The notes: a model not told the origin generated them from the sequence alone. 32,054 nucleotides of DNA from an uncultured Candidatus Peribacteria bacterium (GCA_964567875.1 CAZMOH010000001.1:1-32054); one strand, 5' to 3'. Shown: positions 16,004 through 24,468, numbered from the stretch's first letter. Numbers and translations: made by a program.

Positions 16004-18200
16004 AATGAATTTGTGATAATTTATAAAGAATTCTAGCGGCTTCAATGCGAGAAATTACTTTATTTGGGTGGACAAGTCCTTGTGCATCTGGGGAAATTAG
16101 CCCATTACTTCTAGCAAAAGAAAAGTATGGTTCATACCAGGAATCAGCTGTCACATCTCTATAAGGTGAGAATTTGGTATCTAAGGGAACAATCCCTTTA
16201 GCTAATAATGACATTTTTAAAAATTCAGCTTTAGTAATTCCGTTAGCTGGTTTAAAGTATTTTCCACTATAACCAGCAACTAATCCTTTGTCATAAGCAG
16301 TTGAAACATATTTTGCAAACCAATCCTGACGATTTACATCTTGAAATATTTTTTTCGCGGGATTTAATTTAATTTTATTAGCTGTTAAAATTGCTTTTAC
16401 AGCTTCCGCTCGATTTAGAAACTTGCTAGGTCGAAATTCTCCTTGTGCATTAGCCGTAATAATTTTGTTTTTATCAACAAATTCTGCGAAAATTCGCTCT
16501 TTCCCAATAGATGAAATATCTACAAATGATTTGGCTAGAAGCGTTGGAGATTTTATTTTTTTCTTAGCACTTTCCGCAACAATCTTAAATGGTTTTTTGG
16601 AGTTAGTTGTTAAGGTGATTTCTACGCCTTTATTTTTAAATAAAGATTTCTTGATAGTATTTGGCACAATTTTTACAAAATCTCGTGAAGTTGTGCGTAA
16701 AGTAACTCCCGAATCAGTCAATGCCGAATCTTTCGCAAATAAAATGATTTTTTTAGGTTTTCCAGGAACAAAAGTTCTATCTAGTTCAAACCAAAAATCA
16801 TCTGTTCCGTATTTTTGAAAATTTTCGCGGGATTTTTTACCGGGAACTATTTTCGGATTTGGTTTAGAAACGGATATATTTTTTGTTACAGTTGAAGCTG
16901 TTTTTGAAACTTTTTTAGCACTAGAATGTAAAGTAGTTGATTTATAATTTGGTCGACGAGAAGCAATTCTTATATGATTGTTTTGGAGTGGAATATTTTC
17001 CTTAAACCGAAATTTGCGACGCGAATTTTTTCGACGAACAATGCGACGAGCATGATTTACGGGATTATAAGATTTTTTTTGAGTAAAAGTTTTTTTTGAT
17101 GAATTAGAACTATGAGAAGCCCGCGAAATTTCTTGTTCAGATTGTCCGGCTGTTGCCACTAAACGCGGTTTTGTTGTTGGCACATAGCCAATTGTTCTAG
17201 CAATTAAATTCATAGGGTGAACAGTATATTTTTTCGCGAGATTTTGATTTAATCCGTGTTTTACTGCTTCAAAAAATGAAGATAATCCATGATTAACAAC
17301 TTCTTTCCAGGTAAATGGCCAATACGGATGAAAAGGAGCATTAGCTGTATCAATTTGAAAATGTAAATGAGGCGCAGTAGCCATTCCTGACATTCCAGAA
17401 AGACCAATAACTTGTCCTTTTTGAACTTGGTCTCCTTCTTTTACTTTAATTTGAGAAAGATGGGCATAAGCAGAATAAAGAGTTGTTTTTTTCGCGGGAT
17501 TTTTAGGATCAGGAACATCTTTGTGCATAACTACAATATGTTTCCCAAAACCAGTTGATTGGCTTTTAGCTTTAATAACAACTCCTCGGGAAATGGCATG
17601 AACTGGTGTTCCGATTGGAACTTTTATGTCTAGTCCAGTATGAGACCCAGTTCCTTCAGTTCCGTCTAATTTGTAATCTCCCAAAACAGGAACCGGATAA
17701 GTTAAATAAGCATTTCGTTCTCGTTCATTATTTGCTTGCCAAACTTTTCCTTTCTGGAAATCTACGACACTATATCTCGGTAAAGGAATAAATTTATTCG
17801 CTGGAATTTGAGAATAAGTTGCTTTTCTTTCCGCTGTTGTCAAAGCTGTCCATTTAGGAACTTTGGTAATCGGATAAACAGCTCCATCAAAAGGATCGGT
17901 ATTATATTTCATCTGAATCATTGAAGTTTGAAAAAACCGTAAATAATTCTGAATCCCTCCGTTAAAAATCAAAAAAGTTGCGATAATAATCAAAAGCAAA
18001 ATTGCTAGTGGATTTTCGCGAAAAAATCTTTCCCGCGAAAAATAATCACGAGGACTTATTTGTTTTTTCACAAAATTTACAGCCTCTGAACTCAATAGTT
18101 CATTTTGATATTTTGATTTATGAAAATATTTGTCGTAGAAATAAGCCAGTGATACGGCCGAGACAATTCCTGAAACGATAGCGATAATTTTTTTCTTCAT
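16002..18200 (-). CDS. Membrane-anchored M23 (LytM) peptidase with three C-terminal SLH domains
   Basis: An N-terminal TM segment is followed by HTGLDI ... PHLHFQI (M23 zinc motifs) and a basic low-complexity linker. Three SLH-like repeats follow (FVDISS..., FQDVNRQDWFAKYVSTAYDKGLVAGY..., YRDVTADSWYEPYFSFARSNGLIS...). Confidence 0.85.
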   Translation of the reverse strand: MKKKIIAIVSGIVSAVSLAYFYDKYFHKSKYQNELLSSEAVNFVKKQISPRDYFSRERFFRENPLAILLLIIIATFLIFNGGIQNYLRFFQTSMIQMKYNTDPFDGAVYPITKVPKWTALTTAERKATYSQIPANKFIPLPRYSVVDFQKGKVWQANNERERNAYLTYPVPVLGDYKLDGTEGTGSHTGLDIKVPIGTPVHAISRGVVIKAKSQSTGFGKHIVVMHKDVPDPKNPAKKTTLYSAYAHLSQIKVKEGDQVQKGQVIGLSGMSGMATAPHLHFQIDTANAPFHPYWPFTWKEVVNHGLSSFFEAVKHGLNQNLAKKYTVHPMNLIARTIGYVPTTKPRLVATAGQSEQEISRASHSSNSSKKTFTQKKSYNPVNHARRIVRRKNSRRKFRFKENIPLQNNHIRIASRRPNYKSTTLHSSAKKVSKTASTVTKNISVSKPNPKIVPGKKSRENFQKYGTDDFWFELDRTFVPGKPKKIILFAKDSALTDSGVTLRTTSRDFVKIVPNTIKKSLFKNKGVEITLTTNSKKPFKIVAESAKKKIKSPTLLAKSFVDISSIGKERIFAEFVDKNKIITANAQGEFRPSKFLNRAEAVKAILTANKIKLNPAKKIFQDVNRQDWFAKYVSTAYDKGLVAGYSGKYFKPANGITKAEFLKMSLLAKGIVPLDTKFSPYRDVTADSWYEPYFSFARSNGLISPDAQGLVHPNKVISRIEAARILYKLSQIH

Positions 18201-18222
18201 CTTTTTTGATAAAAATCAGGAC

Positions 18223-18251
18223 ATTATACCAGAATTTAAGCCTTTTTACAA
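18223..18251 (-). promoter_or_regulatory. Promoter of the M23-SLH / pilT transcription unit
   Basis: On the minus strand: TTGTAA (18246-18251), a 17-nt spacer, then TGgTATAAT (-10 hexamer at 18223-18228), 22 nt upstream of the ATG. An exact motif copy (18254-18271) lies immediately upstream of the -35. Confidence 0.5.
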
Positions 18252-18253
18252 CT

Positions 18254-18271
18254 AAAATCCCGCGAAATTTT
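18254..18271 (+). repeat. Exact 18-mer motif copy
   Basis: Lies in the divergent spacer between the M23-SLH gene and trmB. Confidence 0.95.
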
Positions 18272-18311
18272 ATCCTTGCCTTTTCATTAAATTTTGCCAA
18301 AATCTAGTCTG

Positions 18312-18914
18312 ATGACACCTCGTCGAGTCCGTAAACATGTGAATCCTTTGTCCATTCTGAAAAAACATAATTTCGCGGGATTTGGAAACGATAAATCAAT
18401 TATTGTTGATGTTGGAGCTTGTTTAGGAGAATTTGCCAAAGAAATGATTGAAAAATTTCCCGCGAAAAATTTCATTCTCTTTGAAATTCGTGTTCCACTG
18501 GCCAATAAGCTTCGAGAAAAATTTAAAAATTTTAAAAATGTTGTAATTTTTGATGGTGATGCGGGGCTAAATTTTCGCAGGATTTTAGAACCATGTTTAA
18601 AGAAAGGAGCCAAAATTGAGGAAATCTTTGTAAATTTTCCTGATCCGTGGTTCAAAGAAAGACATAAGAAAAGACGGTTTATAAACGAAAAATTTTTAAA
18701 AAGTTGTGAAAGTTGGTTACCAGCGGAAACAAAATTTATATTTCAGACTGATCAGGAATTTTTATTTCGCGAAACTTTGGAAGTGGTTGAAAATTCCCCG
18801 TTTTCTAAAATAGAATTTTTTGAAAACTCTGCTCACGGGATTCCAACTCACTGGGAAAAACAAAAACTATTAGAAGGAGATAAAATTTGGCGGATGAAAT
18901 TTTGGAAAAAATAA
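18312..18914 (+). CDS. trmB: tRNA (guanine46-N7)-methyltransferase TrmB
   Basis: Contains VDVGACLGEF, LFEIR and FPDPWFKERHKKRR. The ATG at 18312 is preferred over the tracked TTG at 18294. Confidence 0.9.
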   Translation: MTPRRVRKHVNPLSILKKHNFAGFGNDKSIIVDVGACLGEFAKEMIEKFPAKNFILFEIRVPLANKLREKFKNFKNVVIFDGDAGLNFRRILEPCLKKGAKIEEIFVNFPDPWFKERHKKRRFINEKFLKSCESWLPAETKFIFQTDQEFLFRETLEVVENSPFSKIEFFENSAHGIPTHWEKQKLLEGDKIWRMKFWKK

Positions 18915-18930
18915 AATTTCGCGGGATTTT
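18913..18930 (-). repeat. Exact 18-mer motif copy
   Basis: Fused to the trmB TAA stop (18912-18914). Confidence 0.95.
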
Positions 18931-18994
18931 ACAATAGTTTTTATTTTCTATCATCTCAAAAGTTATCTTAAAAAAAAACCGCGAAATTTCTCCT

Positions 18995-19023
18995 TTGGAC
19001 GAGAATTTTTTTTTCATTATAAT
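18995..19023 (+). promoter_or_regulatory. Candidate promoter of mutS
   Basis: TTGGAC (18995-19000), a 17-nt spacer, then TATAAT (19018-19023), 23 nt upstream of the ATG. Confidence 0.45.
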
Positions 19024-19046
19024 TTCTCCGAAAACCCTACGAAATT

Positions 19047-21614
19047 ATGAGTACCCCCATTCAGCGACAATATTTGGAATTAAAAAAGAAAGTTCCAGAA
19101 GCAATTTTATTTTTCCGATTGGGAGATTTTTACGAGATGTTTTTTGAGGATGCTAAATTAGCTTCACGACTTTTGGGAATTACTTTAACCGCTCGCCACA
19201 AAGGCACAGAAAACGAAATGCCTATGTGTGGTGTACCGTATCACTCAGCAGACAAGTATCTAGAAAAACTAATTGAAAATGGTTATAAAGTCGCTATTGC
19301 CGAACAAGTTCCACTAGCAGATGGTAAATTTTCGCGGGAAATTTCCCGTGTCGTAACTCCCGGAGCCAGTGTCGAAAAAAACCTAAATCCCGATGAGAAT
19401 TCATATCTAGTCGCCATAGATTTTGACTCAAAAAAAGAAAACTACGGTTTATCCGTAGCTGACTTATCAACAGGTGATTTTCGGACAGCCAGTTTCGGCA
19501 ACCTTTTTGATTTTCTAGATGAAATTTGGAAACTAAATCCTCGCGAAATTCTAATTCCCACCGAGATTTTTGATAACGAAAAATTTTGTGAAAAACTTCC
19601 TAATGTTCTCAAAACTCCGCGGAAATTCCCGCGAAAAAATTCAGACAAAATTCTAAAAAACCATTTTGGAGTTAGTGATTTACAAGTTTTTGGGATTGAA
19701 AAACTAGAAATTTTAATCCGAGTTTCAGCGGAAATTTTAAATTATCTACAAGAAACACAACGCAGTAAGCTCCCTCATTTTCAAAAACTAGTAAAATATT
19801 CTACCCGCGAAATAATGCCGTTAGATACGCAGACAATGCGACATTTGGAAATTTTTGAGCCAATTTTTGCGGGCGAAAAACACTCAACTTTGTGGTCGGT
19901 TTTTGAAAAATCAAGAACAGCTATGGGAAGCCGTCTTTTACGAAGCTGGCTAGCGAACCCGCTTTTGGACCGCGATAAAATTTTATCCCGCCTGCAAGCA
20001 GTGGAGGAATTAGTAGAAAACACAAAATTTCGCGGGATTTTGGACGAAACCTTAAAAAAAGTCTGTGATTTACAACGAGTAATTGCTCGTTTAGCTATTA
20101 ATCGCGGTAACGCTCGTGATTTAGTTTTTCTTCGCAATACTCTGGAAGTTTTTCCTGTTTTAACAGAAATTTGTCAGTCAGCAAATTCCGCGAAATTTTC
20201 TGAAAAAGCTCAGATTTTTCCCCAATTTTCCGATATTTTTACCAAACTTACCTCTGCTCTAAATGATGATCCACCTTTGGAAATTACTGCGGGCGGAATT
20301 TTTCGTGACGGATATTCCGCGAAATTAGACGAATTACGAAATTTGCAAAAAAATGCTAAAAACTGGCTAGAGGATTTTCTTGAAAAAAAGAAAAAAGAAT
20401 CTGGAATTGAAAAAGTGCGGATTAAGTTTTCCAAAACTTTTGGTTTCTGTCTGGAAGTTTCCAAAGCGGCTGCGCAAAACGTGCCAGCTACTTGGCAACG
20501 CCGACAAACTCTAGTTAATGCCGAAAGATTTACCACGCCCGAATTAGCCGAATACGAAACCAAAGTTCTTTCCGCTGAAAGTGAAGCTTATGACTTGGAA
20601 CACAAAATGTTTCAGGATTTGCGGGCAGAAGTGATGAATTTCGCTGGGAAATTACAAGTGGCTTCGGAAGCAATTGCCGAAATTGATACTATTTTAACTT
20701 TAACCAAAACCGCTTTGCGGTGGCGCTGGACTAAACCTGAAATCTTAAAAAATTCGCGGGATTTACAAATTAAAAACGGACGACATCCTGTGGTAGAAAA
20801 AATTTCTACGGAAAGATTTATTGCTAATGATTTATATTTAAGTGAAAAATCCCGCGAATTTTTTTGGCTGATAACTGGGCCAAATATGTCAGGAAAATCC
20901 ACTTTTCTTCGTCAAAACGCTCTCATTATTTTGCTCGCGCAAATGGGAAGCTTTGTTCCGGCAGAAAAATGTGAAATGGGAATTGTTGACCGAATTTTTA
21001 CCCGAGTGGGAGCGAGTGACAATTTGGCAGCGGGGAAGTCCACTTTTTTTGTAGAAATGGCGGAAATGTCCCATATTTTAAATTCGGCGACTGCCAAAAG
21101 TTTTATTATTTTAGACGAAATTGGTCGCGGAACTTCCACTTTTGACGGAATATCTTTAGCTTGGGCGATTACGGAATTCTTACACGATAAAATTGGCGCA
21201 AAAACAATTTTTGCGACCCATTATCACGAACTGATTGATTGTGTTGAAAATCTAGATTTCGCGGGGAATTACCATGTTTCCGTAGCACAAAACGAAGAGG
21301 AAATCATCTTCCTCCGCCGAATAAAAAAAGGTGGTATTTCTGACTCCTTTGGAATAGAAGTGGCGGCCTCGGTTGGATTTCCCAAGGAAGTCATTGCAAA
21401 ATCCCGCGAAATTTTGGAAAAACTGGAAACAGAAAGTTTAGACAAAAACATTCAACCAAATCTCTTTTCTGCTCCAAGAATCCGTGAGAAAATCGTGGAG
21501 ATGAAGTTAGAATCAGAAGTAGAAAAACTTTTAGCAGAAATCAATCCGGACGATTTATCACCACGCGAAGCGCTGGAAAAAGTTTATGAGTTGAAGAAAA
21601 AACTTAAAAAATAA
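19047..21614 (+). CDS. mutS: DNA mismatch repair protein MutS
   Basis: 855 aa, beginning TPIQRQYLELKKK...FFRLGDFYEMFFEDA, with Walker A ITGPNMSGKSTFLRQ and the THYHEL motif. Confidence 0.97.
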   Translation: MSTPIQRQYLELKKKVPEAILFFRLGDFYEMFFEDAKLASRLLGITLTARHKGTENEMPMCGVPYHSADKYLEKLIENGYKVAIAEQVPLADGKFSREISRVVTPGASVEKNLNPDENSYLVAIDFDSKKENYGLSVADLSTGDFRTASFGNLFDFLDEIWKLNPREILIPTEIFDNEKFCEKLPNVLKTPRKFPRKNSDKILKNHFGVSDLQVFGIEKLEILIRVSAEILNYLQETQRSKLPHFQKLVKYSTREIMPLDTQTMRHLEIFEPIFAGEKHSTLWSVFEKSRTAMGSRLLRSWLANPLLDRDKILSRLQAVEELVENTKFRGILDETLKKVCDLQRVIARLAINRGNARDLVFLRNTLEVFPVLTEICQSANSAKFSEKAQIFPQFSDIFTKLTSALNDDPPLEITAGGIFRDGYSAKLDELRNLQKNAKNWLEDFLEKKKKESGIEKVRIKFSKTFGFCLEVSKAAAQNVPATWQRRQTLVNAERFTTPELAEYETKVLSAESEAYDLEHKMFQDLRAEVMNFAGKLQVASEAIAEIDTILTLTKTALRWRWTKPEILKNSRDLQIKNGRHPVVEKISTERFIANDLYLSEKSREFFWLITGPNMSGKSTFLRQNALIILLAQMGSFVPAEKCEMGIVDRIFTRVGASDNLAAGKSTFFVEMAEMSHILNSATAKSFIILDEIGRGTSTFDGISLAWAITEFLHDKIGAKTIFATHYHELIDCVENLDFAGNYHVSVAQNEEEIIFLRRIKKGGISDSFGIEVAASVGFPKEVIAKSREILEKLETESLDKNIQPNLFSAPRIREKIVEMKLESEVEKLLAEINPDDLSPREALEKVYELKKKLKK
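20024..20041 (-). repeat. Exact 18-mer motif copy
   Basis: Inside mutS, where it encodes KFRGIL. Confidence 0.95.
21398..21415 (+). repeat. Exact 18-mer motif copy
   Basis: Inside mutS, where it encodes KSREIL. Confidence 0.95.
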
Positions 21615-21631
21615 AAATTTCGCGGGATTTT
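21614..21631 (-). repeat. Exact 18-mer motif copy
   Basis: Fused to the mutS TAA stop (21612-21614). Confidence 0.95.
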
Positions 21632-21752
21632 AATGAAAATCTAAAACTATAATCTACTAAACCAATTTTTAATAAATCTTTGAAAAAATTTGGACAATCT
21701 AACAAACATTTGATAAAAACCCTTTGGAATAAAAATTCCTTCCCCCAATAAA

Positions 21753-21929
21753 ATGATCGAAGAGTTTATAATATACTGTCCAGATTGTCGCGGAAAGTTT
21801 GAAGTTCCAGCAGAAGATTTTGCAGAAGAAGAAATTTTGGAATGTGATTTGTGTGGTGCGGAAATTATGGTTGTGGAAGTTGACCCAATTAAATTAAAGC
21901 TATTAGAACCAGGAGAGGATTTTTTATAA
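21753..21929 (+). CDS. LysW-like zinc-ribbon small protein (58 aa, below the ORF-track cutoff)
   Basis: My own translation is MIEEFIIYCPDCRGKFEVPAEDFAEEEILECDLCGAEIMVVEVDPIKLKLLEPGEDFL*. It has CxxC...CxxC and an acidic C-terminus, resembling LysW/ArgW carrier proteins. It lies under the spurious antisense ORF 21647..21988. Confidence 0.6.
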   Translation: MIEEFIIYCPDCRGKFEVPAEDFAEEEILECDLCGAEIMVVEVDPIKLKLLEPGEDFL

Positions 21930-21953
21930 ACCTTATTTTTTAAAATTTTTAAA

Positions 21954-22583
21954 ATGCAAAAAATCGCAGAAATTCTCGTTAAAAACAAAGTTGTTAAAAC
22001 TAATTTTGAAAATCCTTTTGTGTGGGCAAGCGGTATTCATTCACCAATTTATTGTGATTGTCGAGAATTGATCGGCTTGCCAGAAGCCAGAAAAGAAATA
22101 AATAAAGCTTTTATTGATTTAATTTCCCGCGAAAATTTACCAGTTGATATTGTTTCAGGAACAGCAACAGCTGGAATTCCTTGGGCAGCCTTTATTGCTC
22201 AAGATTTAGACAAACCGATGCTTTATGTTCGTCCTAAGCCAAAAGATCACGGAGTAGGAAAACAGGTGGAAGGTCGTGGAGAGAAAGGGAAAAATGTTCT
22301 CATAATAGAAGATGCTTTCTCAACTGGAGGGTCTTCTATTAAATCAGCAGAGGCTCTGCGAAATGAACTTGAAGCAACTGTTGAAAACATTTTGGCAATT
22401 TTTAGTTGGGACACTCCACAACTAAAAATTAATTCAGAAAAGGGAGAAGTAAAAATGTGGCCATTGACAAATTTTGCGGAAATTGTTGAAGCTTTAGAAA
22501 AATTTGGACAAATTAGTGATAAAGAAAGCGAAGAATTAATGCGTTTTCATTCTAGCCCTGCGGATTGGTGGAGTAAAAATTAA
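21954..22583 (+). CDS. pyrE: Orotate phosphoribosyltransferase
   Basis: 209 aa with FVWASGIHSPIYCDCR and the PRPP loop VLIIEDAFSTGGS. Confidence 0.93.
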   Translation: MQKIAEILVKNKVVKTNFENPFVWASGIHSPIYCDCRELIGLPEARKEINKAFIDLISRENLPVDIVSGTATAGIPWAAFIAQDLDKPMLYVRPKPKDHGVGKQVEGRGEKGKNVLIIEDAFSTGGSSIKSAEALRNELEATVENILAIFSWDTPQLKINSEKGEVKMWPLTNFAEIVEALEKFGQISDKESEELMRFHSSPADWWSKN

Positions 22584-23482
22584 AATAATTTTAGAATAAA
22601 ATTCTCTAAATCTTGTGCATAATTTAGAGTGATAATTCCTATTAAAAGTAAAATAATCCAGGTCCATTGCCGTTTGGTCATTTTTTCGTGAAAAGCATAA
22701 TGTGCTACTAAAATTGATACCAAAACAGATCCGTTCATCATTACATTAGCAATTCCAAAATCACCAATAGTAATGGCATACATAAATCCACCTGTCCCTA
22801 AAAGTGTTAAGGAACAAATTCCCGCGATTTTTAGAAACTCTTTTCGGGAAATTTTATATAATTTTTTCCCGTCATAAAGTGGACGAAATAAGACAACTAT
22901 TATTGCGAAAATCCCAATTAAAGCTTCCCAAAAATATCCAGCTACATATGGAGACAATTCGCGGGAAACATAAGAAACATAATAAAAACTAATTCCTACC
23001 ACAATTTGAGATAAAAAGGTAAGCCATAATCCTTTCCAGATATTGTTATCTAAATGTTTAAAATCATTTTTTTCGCGGGAAAGGGAATATCCAGCAAATA
23101 AGACCAAAGTAATTAAAATAGTTTGCATTAAACTAATTTGTTCTTTAAAAAGCAAAACTCCCAAAACAATTGTCCAAATTGTTCCAATAACTCGCGAAAA
23201 AAGAGTTTTTAGTCCAACTGGCATGAATTTCATAGAATAAAAAGATAACGAAGATCCGATCACAGCTGTCATTGCTGCTAATGAAATTTCTAAAAAATAA
23301 TTAGAAATCCCGCGAATTTCTGTCCAACTGGCAAAAAATAACAACGGTAACATTGTAAAAATTAAGCTACTACTCCGATAAACGACTGTTGATAATCCGT
23401 CCATTTGTCGTGCATATTTTGCCATCAAGGTTCCTTGAATCGCATAAGCTGTAAACGAAATTATAATTGCTAGCAAAAACAT
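22580..23482 (-). CDS. EamA/DMT-family transporter
   Basis: 300 aa with about 10 TM helices and a duplicated EamA-like architecture. Its 3' end overlaps the pyrE stop by 4 nt (convergent genes). Confidence 0.8.
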   Translation of the reverse strand: MFLLAIIISFTAYAIQGTLMAKYARQMDGLSTVVYRSSSLIFTMLPLLFFASWTEIRGISNYFLEISLAAMTAVIGSSLSFYSMKFMPVGLKTLFSRVIGTIWTIVLGVLLFKEQISLMQTILITLVLFAGYSLSREKNDFKHLDNNIWKGLWLTFLSQIVVGISFYYVSYVSRELSPYVAGYFWEALIGIFAIIVVLFRPLYDGKKLYKISRKEFLKIAGICSLTLLGTGGFMYAITIGDFGIANVMMNGSVLVSILVAHYAFHEKMTKRQWTWIILLLIGIITLNYAQDLENFILKLF

Positions 23483-23535
23483 CGTGCAAATCTTAAATGT
23501 TTGATTACGAATAACAAGAAAATCCCGCGATTTTT

Positions 23536-24003
23536 TTATCTCAGAGCATACAGCGCCACACCGGCCGCGATAGAAACATTAAGTGAAGTTTTTTGTCCGT
23601 ACATAGGAATTTCTAAATGTGTTTCGCATTTATCTAAAACATTTTCTGAAACTCCAGTTACTTCATTGCCTAAAATTAAAGCAATTTTTTCAACTGTTGA
23701 AAAATCTTCCGCAAAAATTTCGCGGGATTTTGGACTTTGTTCTAAAGCTATGATTTGAAATCCTTCTTCTTTTAAGTTTTCAATTAGTTCTGCAATATTT
23801 TCTATTTTTTCCCATTCAATAAAATCTTCCGCTCCAAGTGAAACTTTTTCAATTCTCCTATCAGGTGGACAACCTGTGTATCCGCATAAATAAACTTTTT
23901 GCCAACCAGCTCCGTCAGCTGTCCTAAAAATCGACCCAACATTATGCAAAGATCGCAAGTTTTCTAAAATAACCACGCGTTTTTTTTTCGCGGAATTTTT
24001 CAT
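23536..24003 (-). CDS. SpoU/TrmH-family RNA 2'-O-methyltransferase
   Basis: 155 aa with LRSLHNVGSIFRTADGAG, LILGNEVTGVS and EIPMYGQKTSLNVSIAAGVALY (SPOUT knot motifs). Confidence 0.85.
   Translation of the reverse strand: MKNSAKKKRVVILENLRSLHNVGSIFRTADGAGWQKVYLCGYTGCPPDRRIEKVSLGAEDFIEWEKIENIAELIENLKEEGFQIIALEQSPKSREIFAEDFSTVEKIALILGNEVTGVSENVLDKCETHLEIPMYGQKTSLNVSIAAGVALYALR
23714..23731 (-). repeat. Exact 18-mer motif copy
   Basis: Inside the SpoU/TrmH CDS. Confidence 0.95.
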
Positions 24004-24013
24004 TTAATCTAAG

Positions 24014-24415
24014 CTAAGCTGCTTCTTTTTTCTCGGTTTCAAAAGTTGCAGCTTTTTTTAACTTAGCCGCTTCTTCTTGTTCCGCTAACTCTTTCTTTTG
24101 TTTCGGAGTAAGTTTAATTTTTCTCACACGACCTTTTTCTTCATTAGTTGTGTGTTTAGCATTTTGACCAGCTAATTTAGCTTTTTCGGCTACTTTTTGA
24201 TGTTCCATCTTAAAACCAGCTTTTTCCGCGAGTTTTTTTAATGTTTTAATTGCTTTGGCTGATAAACGCATTCTTTCTACTCGTCCTGTTTCAGGGTTCC
24301 ACATTTTTTTCCAAAATAAATTCGGACGAAATGTTCGTTTAGTTGCCTTCAAAGAAAAGGGACGATTTTGTCCACTAGTTGTTTTTTTGCCGGTTTTTTG
24401 ACAGACTCGAGCCAT
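24014..24415 (-). CDS. rpmB: 50S ribosomal protein L28 with a long Lys/Glu/Ala-rich C-terminal extension
   Basis: MARVCQKTGKKTTSGQNRPFSLKATKRTFRPNL...RMRLSAKAIKTLKK is the L28 core. About 65 extra charged residues follow. Confidence 0.85.
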   Translation of the reverse strand: MARVCQKTGKKTTSGQNRPFSLKATKRTFRPNLFWKKMWNPETGRVERMRLSAKAIKTLKKLAEKAGFKMEHQKVAEKAKLAGQNAKHTTNEEKGRVRKIKLTPKQKKELAEQEEAAKLKKAATFETEKKEAA

Positions 24416-24440
24416 TTGAAAATAAGTTTAAATCGGCGCG

Positions 24441-24468
24441 ATATTATGAAATTTTTGTTTTTGGTCAA
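24441..24468 (-). promoter_or_regulatory. Candidate promoter of rpmB
   Basis: On the minus strand: TTGACC (24463-24468), a 16-nt spacer, then TAATAT (24441-24446), 25 nt upstream of the ATG. Confidence 0.5.

Noticed and set aside
16423-16818. 131-aa + strand ORF inside the M23-SLH gene, and 17606..17791
   Set aside because: They are antisense to a gene with clear M23 and SLH signatures and show no independent signals.
19442-21451. Series of minus-strand ORFs inside mutS (19442..19648, 19781..20137, 20210..20563, 20612..20902, 20889..21074, 20912..21139, 21269..21451)
   Set aside because: They are antisense to the full-length conserved MutS and have low-complexity Ser/Phe/Lys-rich translations. 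Several contain motif-derived peptides only.
21647-21988. 113-aa minus-strand ORF between mutS and pyrE
   Set aside because: It is low-complexity, overlaps the pyrE start, and is antisense to a far more convincing 58-aa zinc-ribbon ORF on the + strand.
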